Source of the DNA: Nitrosopumilus sp.
GTDB taxonomy: Archaea; Thermoproteota; Nitrososphaeria; Nitrososphaerales; Nitrosopumilaceae
DNA length: 64,000 nt
Assembly: GCA_965206745.1 (NCBI GenBank)
Contig: OZ242220.1
Span: 704,001-768,000 of the forward strand
Direction of reading: 5' to 3'
Positions 20,322 through 29,881 of the stretch are shown piece after piece. Position numbers and translations under genes: made by a program. The first letter of the stretch is position 1, and every line of letters begins with the position of its first letter. The notes under the pieces were generated by a model, which worked only from the letters and a program-made list of their open reading frames with translations, did no database searches and was not told the origin of the DNA.

Positions 20322-21758
20322 TCCATAACTGGACCATTTGGAATCTACGATCTCCTTTGTCTTCTCATCGACTCTGACTTGCCGCTGGATTTCTCTTAGA
20401 TATCCCTCCTCCCTGGTTTTCTGTGTAGCGTCAATTCCCATCTTCGAACCCAAATTGACTAGCGGTGATGCCGGATCTAGTGTATCTGTTGGCACGTTGT
20501 TGATAATCACCGTATCTCTTGCCGCATCTGCCCTTGTAGTGATCGCCCAAATTACATCATTGAGATCATGCACGTTGATCTCCTCATCTACCACAACGAA
20601 CATCTTTGTAAGTGATAACTGCCCCATGCCCCATAGCCCCATCATGACTTTTTTGGCCTGGCCTGGATATCTTTTCTTAATTGATATGATTGCAAATCCT
20701 TGGAACCAGCCTGCCGGCGGCATGCTAAAATCTACCACTTCTGGATGGAGCATTTGGATCAGTGGCAAAAATGAGCGCTCAATCACCTTGCCGATATACG
20801 CATCCTCCAGAATTGGCTTTCCGACAACAGTCGTTACGTATATCGGATCCTTTCTTCGCATGATCCCTGTCAGTGTGAATGTCGGATACGGTTCTACTGG
20901 TGTGTAGTAACCTGTGTGGTCTCCGAACGGTCCCTCATCTCTAATGTCGGCCGGATCTACATACCCTTCTAAAACTATCTCTGCATTAGCTGGAACGTCC
21001 AAGTCTATTGTTTTGCATTTCACGGTTTTGATTCCTTCCTTTCTTGTAATTCCTGCAAACAAATATTTGTCCAGTCCCTCCGGCACCGGCGCAATTGATG
21101 AAAATATTGTTGCTGGTTCTCCTCCGATGATTATCGCAGTTGGGATCTTCTCGCCCTTTTCTTTTGAGATCTCGCCATGATGTGCCCCCCTCTTGTGTTT
21201 TTGCCAGTGCATTAGCGCATGAGTTTTATCAACTATTTGTATTCTATAAACTCCGAGATTTCTAACCCCTGTCTCTGGATGTTTTGTTGCAACCAATCCC
21301 AAAGTGATAAATCGGCCTGCATCATCAGGCCATGATTTTAAAATTGGCAAATCATCAAAGGATGCATCATCCGATGTAATCTCTGTAACTGGACCACTGG
21401 CTTCTGCTTTGGGGAATGAAGCAGTCATCTTGGTTAGTTCTGGGAGTTTCTTAATTTTGTTTAGCAATCCTGACGGAATGTCCATCTTTGTCATGTCTGC
21501 AATGCGTTGACCAATTTCAGCAAAGTCTGTCATTTCAAGTCCGATCTCCAGTCTTTTCATAGATCCGAACGCGTTTCCTAAAACTGGCATATTGTGTCCT
21601 TTTACATTTTCAAAAAGTATTGCAGGGCCATTGGCGTACATCTCCCTCCTCATAATTTCGGCAATTTCTAAATCAGAGTCGACTTCGGTTCCAACCCTCT
21701 TCAACTCCCCTTGCTTTTCAAGCTCTGCTATGAAATCCCTGATACCTTCTATTGCCAT
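20316..21758 (-). CDS. ubiD: UbiD-family decarboxylase (menaquinone biosynthesis)
   Basis: RNLGVYR, EIVLEG, EGPFGDHTGYY, DTLDPASP..GSKMGIDAT. Confidence 0.9.
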   Translation of the reverse strand: MAIEGIRDFIAELEKQGELKRVGTEVDSDLEIAEIMRREMYANGPAILFENVKGHNMPVLGNAFGSMKRLEIGLEMTDFAEIGQRIADMTKMDIPSGLLNKIKKLPELTKMTASFPKAEASGPVTEITSDDASFDDLPILKSWPDDAGRFITLGLVATKHPETGVRNLGVYRIQIVDKTHALMHWQKHKRGAHHGEISKEKGEKIPTAIIIGGEPATIFSSIAPVPEGLDKYLFAGITRKEGIKTVKCKTIDLDVPANAEIVLEGYVDPADIRDEGPFGDHTGYYTPVEPYPTFTLTGIMRRKDPIYVTTVVGKPILEDAYIGKVIERSFLPLIQMLHPEVVDFSMPPAGWFQGFAIISIKKRYPGQAKKVMMGLWGMGQLSLTKMFVVVDEEINVHDLNDVIWAITTRADAARDTVIINNVPTDTLDPASPLVNLGSKMGIDATQKTREEGYLREIQRQVRVDEKTKEIVDSKWSSYGL

Positions 21759-21799
21759 GTCTGCTGTCTAGTCAGATCAAGTATAAGCTTAACTCGATT

Positions 21800-22174
21800 T
21801 TACATTGGCGGAAGTTCTGTCTTTCTATCATGTCCGCCCGATCCAAATTTACAATAAAAACATAATTCTGATTCCATATACTTTAGCTGCTCAATTTGAA
21901 TTGCGCCAAGCTTTAGTGCAATTTTTGTCAGAATTCTATATTTTAATGGCATGGCTGGAATCACCTCGTCTAGATATACTCTGTAATGATCTGGACAAAA
22001 TTTCAAAGTGACTTTGGATGGCTCTTTACCTTTTTCGTTAACTTGTTTTGTAAAGTTGATCTGTTCTCTGATGTATTCGTGCTTTGGACATGGACAATCT
22101 TTGCCTCCTGGATGCTTGTATGCTGGCGTGTTCTTCCAGTCAAATTCCGGATATTCTCTTTCAAAGTCATCCAT
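21800..22174 (-). CDS. Hypothetical protein with Cys/His motifs
   Basis: CPCPKH, FCPDH, CFYC; start moved to ATG 22174. Confidence 0.7.
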   Translation of the reverse strand: MDDFEREYPEFDWKNTPAYKHPGGKDCPCPKHEYIREQINFTKQVNEKGKEPSKVTLKFCPDHYRVYLDEVIPAMPLKYRILTKIALKLGAIQIEQLKYMESELCFYCKFGSGGHDRKTELPPM

Positions 22175-22270
22175 GATATTTAGTATGCAAATTAGCATAT
22201 AAAACTTGATCAAAATTAGTTGGCATAATCAACCCAAATGTACATAAACCCAAGATTAACCACCAAAATT

Positions 22271-22930
22271 ATGGTAGCTGCTAAAAAGCAAACAAAAAAA
22301 GATCTTGAAGGCAAGATTGCCGAATTAGAAGCAAAGATAAGTCAACTCTCTACTCAGATAGAAACAAAGCCAGCTCAAGCAAAGCCGGCTGAGGTAAAAC
22401 CGTCTGAGAGACCTGCAACCACCAAACCAAAGGGCACATTGCCTAAAGGAATGGCAGAAAAACCTGTAGCAACCACCAAACCAAAGGCTGTATTGCCTAA
22501 AGGAATGGCAGAAAAACCTGCAGAGGCTCCAAAGCCTGCTGAAACTGCATCACAGCCTCCAGCAACTGTACAGGCCGCATTAGAGAATGCATACATGACT
22601 GCCCCGATGACATCATTTCATGATTACAGGGCAAAGGTCACAGGCTATTCTCCAGCACCTAACAGATACTTTGTTAGATTGACTGCTCCTGTAGGAAAAG
22701 TTCCAACCAAAAACTGGAATGATCAAAAAGCAGTGGTAACTGGTTACACCGCAGCATCAAACCAGTACTTTGCAACACGAGCAAGACTTGCATATCATCC
22801 TGCTGATAAAACATTTGGAAGTTTTAGTGGGATCAATATGAGCGTTGAAGGTGTTGATGCACCTGCACAACAAGCTCCTACGCCGGAACCACCAAAGCCT
22901 AAAAGAGGCACACTACCAAAAGGTTTCTAA
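22271..22930 (+). CDS. Low-complexity Pro/Ala/Lys-rich protein, paralog A
   Basis: N-terminal coiled coil, repeated (G/A)(T/V)LPKG(M/F) motifs, core shared with paralog B. Confidence 0.8.
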   Translation: MVAAKKQTKKDLEGKIAELEAKISQLSTQIETKPAQAKPAEVKPSERPATTKPKGTLPKGMAEKPVATTKPKAVLPKGMAEKPAEAPKPAETASQPPATVQAALENAYMTAPMTSFHDYRAKVTGYSPAPNRYFVRLTAPVGKVPTKNWNDQKAVVTGYTAASNQYFATRARLAYHPADKTFGSFSGINMSVEGVDAPAQQAPTPEPPKPKRGTLPKGF

Positions 22931-23925
22931 TTCAACAACATCCTTTATTTTATATTTTTAATAGTAATGTTCATCTTTGACCCTATTCTACACTATACAT
23001 GGCTCCAAAAATCAAATGTCCCAACTGCCAGCAGAATGAATGGCTTGAGAACAATGAGCTAGGCTACCTTCCAGCGGTTATGAAAATGGATGATGGAACT
23101 TATGCCGCTGATACCCGCAATGGAATTCATGTTAGATTGTGGAGGTGTAATAATTGCATGTATATACTACAATTTTGGGAGCCAGATTAATTGAAAATCG
23201 ATGTAATTTTTACAAAATATCGTTTGTTTTTACTAATTAATTTGAATAAAAATTTTCAATGATCAAAATGTAAATAAACAATGTAATATTTAGTGTAAGG
23301 AATGGTCGCAAAAAACAAAGCAAGTACGAAGAAAGATCTAGAAGCTAAAATTGTAGAATTAGAGGCAAAACTGACTAAATTGTCGACACAGCTTGAAGCC
23401 AAACCGACACCAAAGCCAGCTCAAGCAAAGCCGGCAGAAACAAAGCCAGCTCAAGCAAAGCCGGCAGAAACAAAGCCATCTGAGAGACCTGCAGCAACTG
23501 CCAAACCAAAGGGCACATTACCTAAAGGAATGGCAGAAAAACCTGCAGAGGCTCCAAAGCCTGCTGAAACTGCATCACAGCCTCCAGCAACTGTACAGGC
23601 CGCATTAGAGAATGCATACATGACTGCCCCGATGACATCATTTCATGATTACAGGGCAAAGGTCACAGGCTATTCTCCAGCACCTAACAGATACTTTGTT
23701 AGATTGACTGCTCCTGTAGGAAAAGTTCCAACCAAAAACTGGAATGATCAAAAAGCAGTGGTAACTGGTTACACCGCAGCATCAAACCAGTACTTTGCAA
23801 CACGAGCAAGACTTGCATATCATCCTGCTGATAAAACATTTGGAAGTTTTAGTGGGATCAATATGAGCGTTGAAGGTGTTGATGCACCTGCACAACAAGC
23901 TCCTACGCCGGAACCACCAAAGCCT
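22496..23925 (+). repeat. Identical 405-bp direct repeat (22496-22900 and 23521-23925)
   Basis: By-eye comparison from cctaaaggaatggcag to accaaagcct showed no mismatch. Confidence 0.9.
22999..23190 (+). CDS. Small zinc-ribbon protein
   Basis: KCPNC...WRCNNCMY. Confidence 0.75.
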   Translation: MAPKIKCPNCQQNEWLENNELGYLPAVMKMDDGTYAADTRNGIHVRLWRCNNCMYILQFWEPD

Positions 23926-24222
23926 GCAAAAGGTACGCTTCCTAAAGGTATGGGACAAACGCAGCAAGCACCTCCACAGTCAACAAATGTTGCAGATGAT
24001 GGAAAATCTAGACAAGACGAACTTGCAGATTATGAAACAGATTACTTGAAAAGAATAGAACAACAAAAAATAGATGACGAGAAAGCATTTCAAGAACTTC
24101 TTGAGGCAGAGGCTAAAGCTCGCTCTACAGCAAATAGAGGCACACTGCCAAAAGGTTTTGAAGCAAAATCAGAACCTGAAGCACCAAAGGCATCTAGTGG
24201 CACACTGCCAAAAGGTTTCTAA
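23302..24222 (+). CDS. Low-complexity Pro/Ala/Lys-rich protein, paralog B
   Basis: Same architecture as paralog A plus an acidic helical insert; four GTLPKG(M/F) motifs, the last one C-terminal. Confidence 0.8.
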   Translation: MVAKNKASTKKDLEAKIVELEAKLTKLSTQLEAKPTPKPAQAKPAETKPAQAKPAETKPSERPAATAKPKGTLPKGMAEKPAEAPKPAETASQPPATVQAALENAYMTAPMTSFHDYRAKVTGYSPAPNRYFVRLTAPVGKVPTKNWNDQKAVVTGYTAASNQYFATRARLAYHPADKTFGSFSGINMSVEGVDAPAQQAPTPEPPKPAKGTLPKGMGQTQQAPPQSTNVADDGKSRQDELADYETDYLKRIEQQKIDDEKAFQELLEAEAKARSTANRGTLPKGFEAKSEPEAPKASSGTLPKGF

Positions 24223-24248
24223 TCTTTCAACATCTTTTCTTTTAATTT

Positions 24249-24713
24249 TTATTTTAGATTCAGGAAATCCTCTAGAACTTCTTTAGCATGTCCTGCTGGT
24301 TTCACCTTGGGATATATTTTGAAAATTTTCCCCTTTTCATTCACAAGAAACGTGCTTCTCATGACTCCCATGTACTCACGGCCCATGAATTTTTTCTTGC
24401 CCCAAACACCAAACAAGTTTGATATTTCTTTCTCCACATCTGCTAGCAGTGGATATTTGATTTCCATTTTGTCGCAGAATTTTTTGTGAGATTCGACATC
24501 GTCTGGACTGACACCTATAATCTCAATTCCTTCTTTTTGGAATTTCTTATAATCCTTGGAAAACTCGTCTGCTTCTGTTGTGCATCCTGGGGTGAAATCC
24601 TTTGGATAAAAGTAGATGACGTGTTTTTTGCCCTTAAAATCACTTGATTTTACCTTGTTTCCATTAGCGTCATTTACTGCAAATTTTGGAACAGGATCGC
24701 CTTGAGAAACCAT
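24249..24713 (-). CDS. bcp: Peroxiredoxin (BCP/PrxQ)
   Basis: YFYPKDFTPGCTTEA; start at ATG 24713. Confidence 0.92.
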   Translation of the reverse strand: MVSQGDPVPKFAVNDANGNKVKSSDFKGKKHVIYFYPKDFTPGCTTEADEFSKDYKKFQKEGIEIIGVSPDDVESHKKFCDKMEIKYPLLADVEKEISNLFGVWGKKKFMGREYMGVMRSTFLVNEKGKIFKIYPKVKPAGHAKEVLEDFLNLK

Positions 24714-24816
24714 GTATCTACAAAGAATCAAGCCGTAATTAATTACTTTTTGAGATCATCTGATCAAAAAATCGAGTTCGAATCTTTTATATGGATATTG
24801 GCGAGGCTTTAGCCTT

Positions 24817-25521
24817 ATGGTTAACCCAAGAGCGTATCTTGCAGAAGCAATTGCAACATATGGCTTGGTATTCTTTGGCCCTCTTTCAGTAATTCTGGCA
24901 GTTTCTGCATTTGGTGAAGAATTGACAACGCAGTCTGTATTGTTCATTTCCCTTGGACACGGTGGTGCTATTGCCTTGATGGTCTATGCGTTTGGACACG
25001 TTTCTGGCGCTCATATCAATCCTGCAGTCACCATTCCTATGATGATTACCAAGAAAATTGGGATCGTAGATGGGGTTGGATATATCGCCTCACAGTTAAT
25101 CGGTGCAGTGGCAGCCGCTGCCACACTCATGGTAATATTGCCTGAACTTGGCGCTAAAGTCAACTTTGCAACTCAAGGAGGTCCCAGTGATTTAATCAAT
25201 AACAGTGTTGGTTCTGGATTTGCAATTGAGGCAATCTTGACATTTTTCTTGGTGACTGTAATCTTTATGACTGCTGTTCACAAGAAAGCATCTCCTGGAT
25301 GGCACGGATTTACAATCGGTGGCATGGTTTTCCTAATCCACCTGATTGCAGTACCGTTGACTGGCGCATCTGTAAACCCTGCAAGAACATTTGGTCCTGC
25401 TTTGATCTCTGGATTCTGGGAGTTTCATTGGTTATACTGGGCAGCGCCGATTTTAGGCGGAATTATTGCCGGATTAATCATGAATTATGTCTATACCAAA
25501 CCTGCAGAAAAAGAGGCGTGA
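24817..25521 (+). CDS. Aquaporin (MIP family)
   Basis: SGAHINPAVT and GASVNPARTFGP. Confidence 0.95.
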   Translation: MVNPRAYLAEAIATYGLVFFGPLSVILAVSAFGEELTTQSVLFISLGHGGAIALMVYAFGHVSGAHINPAVTIPMMITKKIGIVDGVGYIASQLIGAVAAAATLMVILPELGAKVNFATQGGPSDLINNSVGSGFAIEAILTFFLVTVIFMTAVHKKASPGWHGFTIGGMVFLIHLIAVPLTGASVNPARTFGPALISGFWEFHWLYWAAPILGGIIAGLIMNYVYTKPAEKEA

Positions 25522-25560
25522 TCCTAACATTTTTAAAAATTCAGACTCTTGCTTTTGAAT

Positions 25561-25995
25561 ATGACCTCATCTGATGATGTCTCCCAAATGTTTGATTCTG
25601 AATCTCAAAAGCTTCAAAATATGATTGACTCTCTGAATTCTAAAACTGATACTGATGTCCCTCAAATCGTCGAGACCTACTACCATGTCATCAATGTCTC
25701 CTCTATGGTCACAATGCTCAAACAAAACGCGGATTTTGAGCCTAAAGTGTTGGAAAAAATCCGGGAAACTGAAGATCTAATTTCTGAAAAATTTGATTCT
25801 GAGATTCATCCAAAAATACTGGCAAAATTATCTGCATCAATTCAGGAATTAACAAATAAACTACAATCTGATAATCCTGGCGAAAAATCAAAAGAACAGA
25901 TAGAGTTGGATGCTCAACTGTTTGAGAAGTTACGGCAAAATATGAGTACTAGAGAATTTGTTAAACAATATGATCATGGCATCTCTGATGATTGA
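25561..25995 (+). CDS. Hypothetical helical protein
   Basis: Open frame overlapping the start of the next gene. Confidence 0.65.
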   Translation: MTSSDDVSQMFDSESQKLQNMIDSLNSKTDTDVPQIVETYYHVINVSSMVTMLKQNADFEPKVLEKIRETEDLISEKFDSEIHPKILAKLSASIQELTNKLQSDNPGEKSKEQIELDAQLFEKLRQNMSTREFVKQYDHGISDD

Positions 25996-26809
25996 AGATA
26001 TTGCAAAAAATTTAGTCGAGCTAAAAAGAGAATTTGTCAAAGTCTATGATGGCAATAGCCAGATTCAGGAACTAGTGCCAAAATCAAGATCCGAATCATT
26101 CCCGATTGAGGAATCTCATTTAAATTTATTACACCAGTTTGCTACGAAAAACCCGATATACTATAACTCATTTGAGCAGAAGATTGGCTCCGTTGACTGT
26201 ATTGTGTATGAGGGAGACATTAACAAATATTGGCTAAACAGTATACTGCACAGCTCAAGCAAGGCTCCGTTCTCCCCTACATGGTTGATGTCTGGATATG
26301 TTGGGGCATTGCTTGCAAAAAAGATGGGATATTCTGAAGTAATTGATATTGGTTCAGGCGATGGGCGTATTGCGTTTTGTGCCAAGATTTTGGATATGGT
26401 CTCATATAGTATTGAGATTGATAGCATGCTCGTAGATCTGCAAAATCACTTGACCTCCATACTGGACTTTAATCCTCACTGCTCTGATGCAATGACGTTT
26501 GATTACGCTTCCTTGAATTTTTTGCGGCCTATCTTTTTCATTGGCGGATTGGCACAAATGGGCGGAACCTTTCTTGCCAGTGGGGTGTTGGACAAAATAA
26601 GCTCTATTTCGAATCTGAAGCAGAGATCTGGCTGGGTGTTTGCTGGAACTTTATCTCGAAAATACCCTCCTGATCCCAAAAATGAGGCCGGATGGGGCAC
26701 TCTGATTGAAAATAATGGTTTAAAATCCATTCAAAATGTTTCTTTGCCTGCTGCTTGGACTTTGCATGAACCTGATGAAACTCTGTATGTCTTTGCAGAA
26801 TCCAACTAA
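25988..26809 (+). CDS. Putative class I SAM-dependent methyltransferase
   Basis: VIDIGSGDGR motif I followed by SIEID. Confidence 0.65.
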   Translation: MIEDIAKNLVELKREFVKVYDGNSQIQELVPKSRSESFPIEESHLNLLHQFATKNPIYYNSFEQKIGSVDCIVYEGDINKYWLNSILHSSSKAPFSPTWLMSGYVGALLAKKMGYSEVIDIGSGDGRIAFCAKILDMVSYSIEIDSMLVDLQNHLTSILDFNPHCSDAMTFDYASLNFLRPIFFIGGLAQMGGTFLASGVLDKISSISNLKQRSGWVFAGTLSRKYPPDPKNEAGWGTLIENNGLKSIQNVSLPAAWTLHEPDETLYVFAESN

Positions 26810-26847
26810 TAGCAATCCAAATTAAGCGTAAATTTACAAAACATTTT

Positions 26848-26922
26848 GGACTCGTTGCATAGCTTGGATAGTGCGATTGCTTGCGGAGCAATAGGTCGTC
26901 GGTTCGAATCCGATCGGGTCCG
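26848..26922 (+). tRNA. tRNA-Arg(GCG)
   Basis: Acceptor GGACTCG/CGGGTCC, anticodon arm ATTGC-TTGCGGA-GCAAT, T arm GTCGG-TTCGAAT-CCGAT; no encoded CCA. Confidence 0.95.
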
Positions 26923-27079
26923 TTACTGTCTTATTCTGGTTAACATTCCACTGTCTTGTATCTGCGGTTCTAGCGTATGTGAAAATACTGCCGACGCCAA
27001 ATTTTGATAAAACTCAAATTTCATCAAAGCCTATTAGTACACTATCCATTAATTCATCATGCTCAAAAACACCCATAAC

Positions 27080-27200
27080 TATGTCACATAAATTTAACAG
27101 CTATATCTCGATGAGACTTTGATGGTTTTTGACGATTTTGGAGAAAATTTAGATCACCTGAATTTAACGGTTAAAACTCTATGTCACATATTCTTAACAG
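27080..27200. repeat. Paired palindromic motifs TATGTCACATA..TTAACAG exactly 100 bp apart
   Basis: TATGTCACATA at 27080-27090 and 27180-27190, each followed by nnnTTAACAG; TTTAACGGTTAAA palindrome between them. Confidence 0.65.
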
Positions 27201-27274
27201 TGTCAAAACACACATCAGCTTGCTTGGAATTACAGACGTAATCTTTTTATTCCCATTCTCATGATCTTTTTATT

Positions 27275-27556
27275 ATGAAAAACAAAAAAATAGGATACGC
27301 TCTAATATTATCATCGTTTATTTTTCTATTTGCCCCAATCATCCTAATCTTTAATACTCTCTATGCATCGATATGGGGATTATTATTTGATAAAGATGCA
27401 GGTCATGTGCTTTCTTCTCCTGTGATAGATTTTGCATTTGCTTCCGAAATTGGTATTATTTTAATTGTGTTTGAACTAGTCGTTGGAATTTTACTTTTTA
27501 GCGCAGGCATATACGTTGTAAGACTTTCGAGAAGCCATTCTGAAACCAAACAATAA
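27275..27556 (+). CDS. Hypothetical 2-TM membrane protein
   Basis: Two long hydrophobic segments; AT-rich codons. Confidence 0.65.
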   Translation: MKNKKIGYALILSSFIFLFAPIILIFNTLYASIWGLLFDKDAGHVLSSPVIDFAFASEIGIILIVFELVVGILLFSAGIYVVRLSRSHSETKQ

Positions 27557-27679
27557 TCGTGGAATTTCCCTATTATGTCATATTTATGGGTAATAATAAA
27601 ACCAGAGTCACATCCTCAAAGATTTGACAGTATTTCCTTGATAGATCTCTTATAATCTAGTGCGGGATCCGATTCTTTA

Positions 27680-28963
27680 ATGACTGCAAAAAACATGCAA
27701 TTTGCAATACCTCTCTTGGCACTAGTGTTGCTAATTTCAACCGGATTGGCAAATGCACAAACATCAGGCGGTGTGGGGGATAAGATAGACACCCCATACA
27801 CCGTAGACGAAATTGCACATTCATTTTCTATAATGGAGGAATATGTCATTTATGATGAAAATAAAAACATCACATTTGATATAGACCGTGCAATTGCAAA
27901 TAATGTAACCCAGTCTGATATTGATATTGCATTAGACTTTGCAGCTCATAGTAATGCTGCTATTAATACCGTAATTGGTTCAACAATACCTACAGGCGGT
28001 CTTTCAACAGAAAACCAACAACTCACTAATGCAATGGACGAATTCAAAGATGGCAAGTTCAGATATTTGACGCCTGTTCCTTCCCCTCTAAAGCAAACCT
28101 CTCAAGGAACTCTCCCTTCAAATGTTACGTGCAATGAAGGAAAAACACTTGTGTTAAAGCAAAAAAATGGTTTGCCTGCATGTGTTACTCCTTCCAGTGT
28201 TGAAAAATTAATCGCCCGAGGATGGGCAATACATGCCTTGCCTGATTATAAAAATGAAAATACCAATTCTGAAATTTTTGCACTTGGCAAGTATCAGACT
28301 GTCTCAGAATCTGTAACTTATTTTGAGGAGACGGCCGGATATTTGGCAAAGCCTTCAACTGATGGAGATTTTCCTGGGATTGTAATGATTCATGAATGGT
28401 GGGGACTAAATGATCACATCAAAGAGATGGCCGACAAACTTGCATCCCACGGGTACGTTGTTTTAGCTGTTGACCTATATGGCGGCCAGGTGGCCACTAC
28501 ATCTGATCAAGCAAGACAGCTGGTCACCTCGTATGATTCTCAATACGGTAAACAAAACATGAATTCTGCTGTCTCCATGCTAAATGACGATTACTCTGTA
28601 GATAATGTGGGTTCGATTGGTTGGTGTTTTGGTGGAGGACAGTCTTTGAATCTTGCATTGGAGAACAGTGAGATGGATGCAACTGTGATTTACTATGGCT
28701 CCCTTGTAACTGATCCCGAATTGCTATCTTCCATCAATTGGCCCGTACTTGGCATTTTCGCTGAATTGGATAAAGGAATCCCTAGCGAAACCGTGATGAA
28801 CTTTGAATCTGCCTTAAATGAGTTGAATGTGGAAAACCAAATTCACATTTACGATGACGTTGATCATGCCTTTGCAAATCCTTCCGGAGAGCGGCATGCC
28901 CCTGAGGAATCTAAGGATGCCTGGGCCCGCACCATCTCCTTTCTAGAGTCAAATCTAAAGTGA
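27680..28963 (+). CDS. Secreted dienelactone-hydrolase-family protein with extra N-terminal domains
   Basis: Signal peptide; SPLKQ..C..K..G.PACV..KLIARGW module; HEWWGLN, GWCFGG, HAFANPSG. Confidence 0.85.
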   Translation: MTAKNMQFAIPLLALVLLISTGLANAQTSGGVGDKIDTPYTVDEIAHSFSIMEEYVIYDENKNITFDIDRAIANNVTQSDIDIALDFAAHSNAAINTVIGSTIPTGGLSTENQQLTNAMDEFKDGKFRYLTPVPSPLKQTSQGTLPSNVTCNEGKTLVLKQKNGLPACVTPSSVEKLIARGWAIHALPDYKNENTNSEIFALGKYQTVSESVTYFEETAGYLAKPSTDGDFPGIVMIHEWWGLNDHIKEMADKLASHGYVVLAVDLYGGQVATTSDQARQLVTSYDSQYGKQNMNSAVSMLNDDYSVDNVGSIGWCFGGGQSLNLALENSEMDATVIYYGSLVTDPELLSSINWPVLGIFAELDKGIPSETVMNFESALNELNVENQIHIYDDVDHAFANPSGERHAPEESKDAWARTISFLESNLK

Positions 28964-29014
28964 TTTTCTCTTGTTTTCTCGTAGAGATCTTAAATATCAC
29001 AGTTTCCAAATACA

Positions 29015-29416
29015 ATGATGAGCCGAGAAGATTTTGACTATTCCTCAATTCTCATCCAAGACATAATGGCCAGGACCCTTATCACCGTAAACAAATCTAC
29101 CACTGCATTGCAAATCGCAAAGATGATGGAGCAGGGAGGAATTGGTACAGTCATTGTAAAGGAAGGCGAAAATCCTGTGGGAATCGTAACTGATAGGGAT
29201 TTTGCAACAAAAATTGCCGCAAATAATCTATCCTTTGATACTCCTGTAGAAAAAATAATGTCCACACCACTAATCACGATAAACCACAATGAGCCAATAT
29301 CTGCAGCTGCTCAAAGAATGACTAGCAAAAAAATCAGAAAGCTTGCAGTTACTGAAAACGGCAAAATTGTTGGAATTATCACATCGACTGATCTGGTCAC
29401 ACAACTGGCAAAATAA
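29015..29416 (+). CDS. CBS domain pair protein
   Basis: IQDIM..GIVTDRD..VEKIM..GIITSTD. Confidence 0.9.
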   Translation: MMSREDFDYSSILIQDIMARTLITVNKSTTALQIAKMMEQGGIGTVIVKEGENPVGIVTDRDFATKIAANNLSFDTPVEKIMSTPLITINHNEPISAAAQRMTSKKIRKLAVTENGKIVGIITSTDLVTQLAK

Positions 29417-29831
29417 CTAGAATGTTTTTACTTTTCCAAGAAATATTGTAACTGTTACCCCATGACACGCTGTTGCAATAACCTCTGAAATTAATAATGC
29501 TAAGTATGGTTCTGTTCCAATCTCAAGAAAATAGTACAAGTAGGCCATTCTTATTCTGAGATAAATCATCTCTCATACGCCAAAAAGTAAGATATTTGCC
29601 AACAGTTTTTTTTAAATTAGATTCTCTCTCATCTTGCATCCATCTTTGTTATCTGGATAAAACAGTGCTGAAAAAAATTCCAAAATAAATTACGTATCCT
29701 ATGATTGTGGTGGCCGTCGTGTTGAGATGATTTTTCTGTTCCCCTGATAGTCAGGTGGCAACTGCTGCTGAGATCACAAAACAAATTAGAAAATTTCTGC
29801 TGATCTGCAATTACTGTGGATTTAATTTCAT
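29417..29831 (-). pseudogene. Decayed membrane-protein gene
   Basis: ATG AAA TTA AAT CCA CAG TAA, then frameshifted hydrophobic fragments (LICFVISAAVA, NHLNTTATTIIGYVIYFGIF, YYFLEIGTEPYLALLISEVIATAC) ending ..KTF*. Confidence 0.65.
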
Positions 29832-29881
29832 ATTGTATCCCTTTGGTAACTGTTATTTTGAATCATCTCATAAATCAAATC

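Noticed and set aside
22905-22930. Sortase LPxTG sorting signal in GTLPKGF
   Set aside because: No signal peptide and no following TM or basic tail; the motif also occurs internally.
22496-23925. Diversity-generating retroelement TR/VR pair
   Set aside because: The copies are identical with no adenine-specific mismatches, and there is no reverse transcriptase in the window.
26923-29830. Integrated element with attR duplicating the tRNA-Arg 3' end
   Set aside because: No integrase and no convincing copy of the tRNA 3' end; only a 7-nt ATCCGAT match near 27667.
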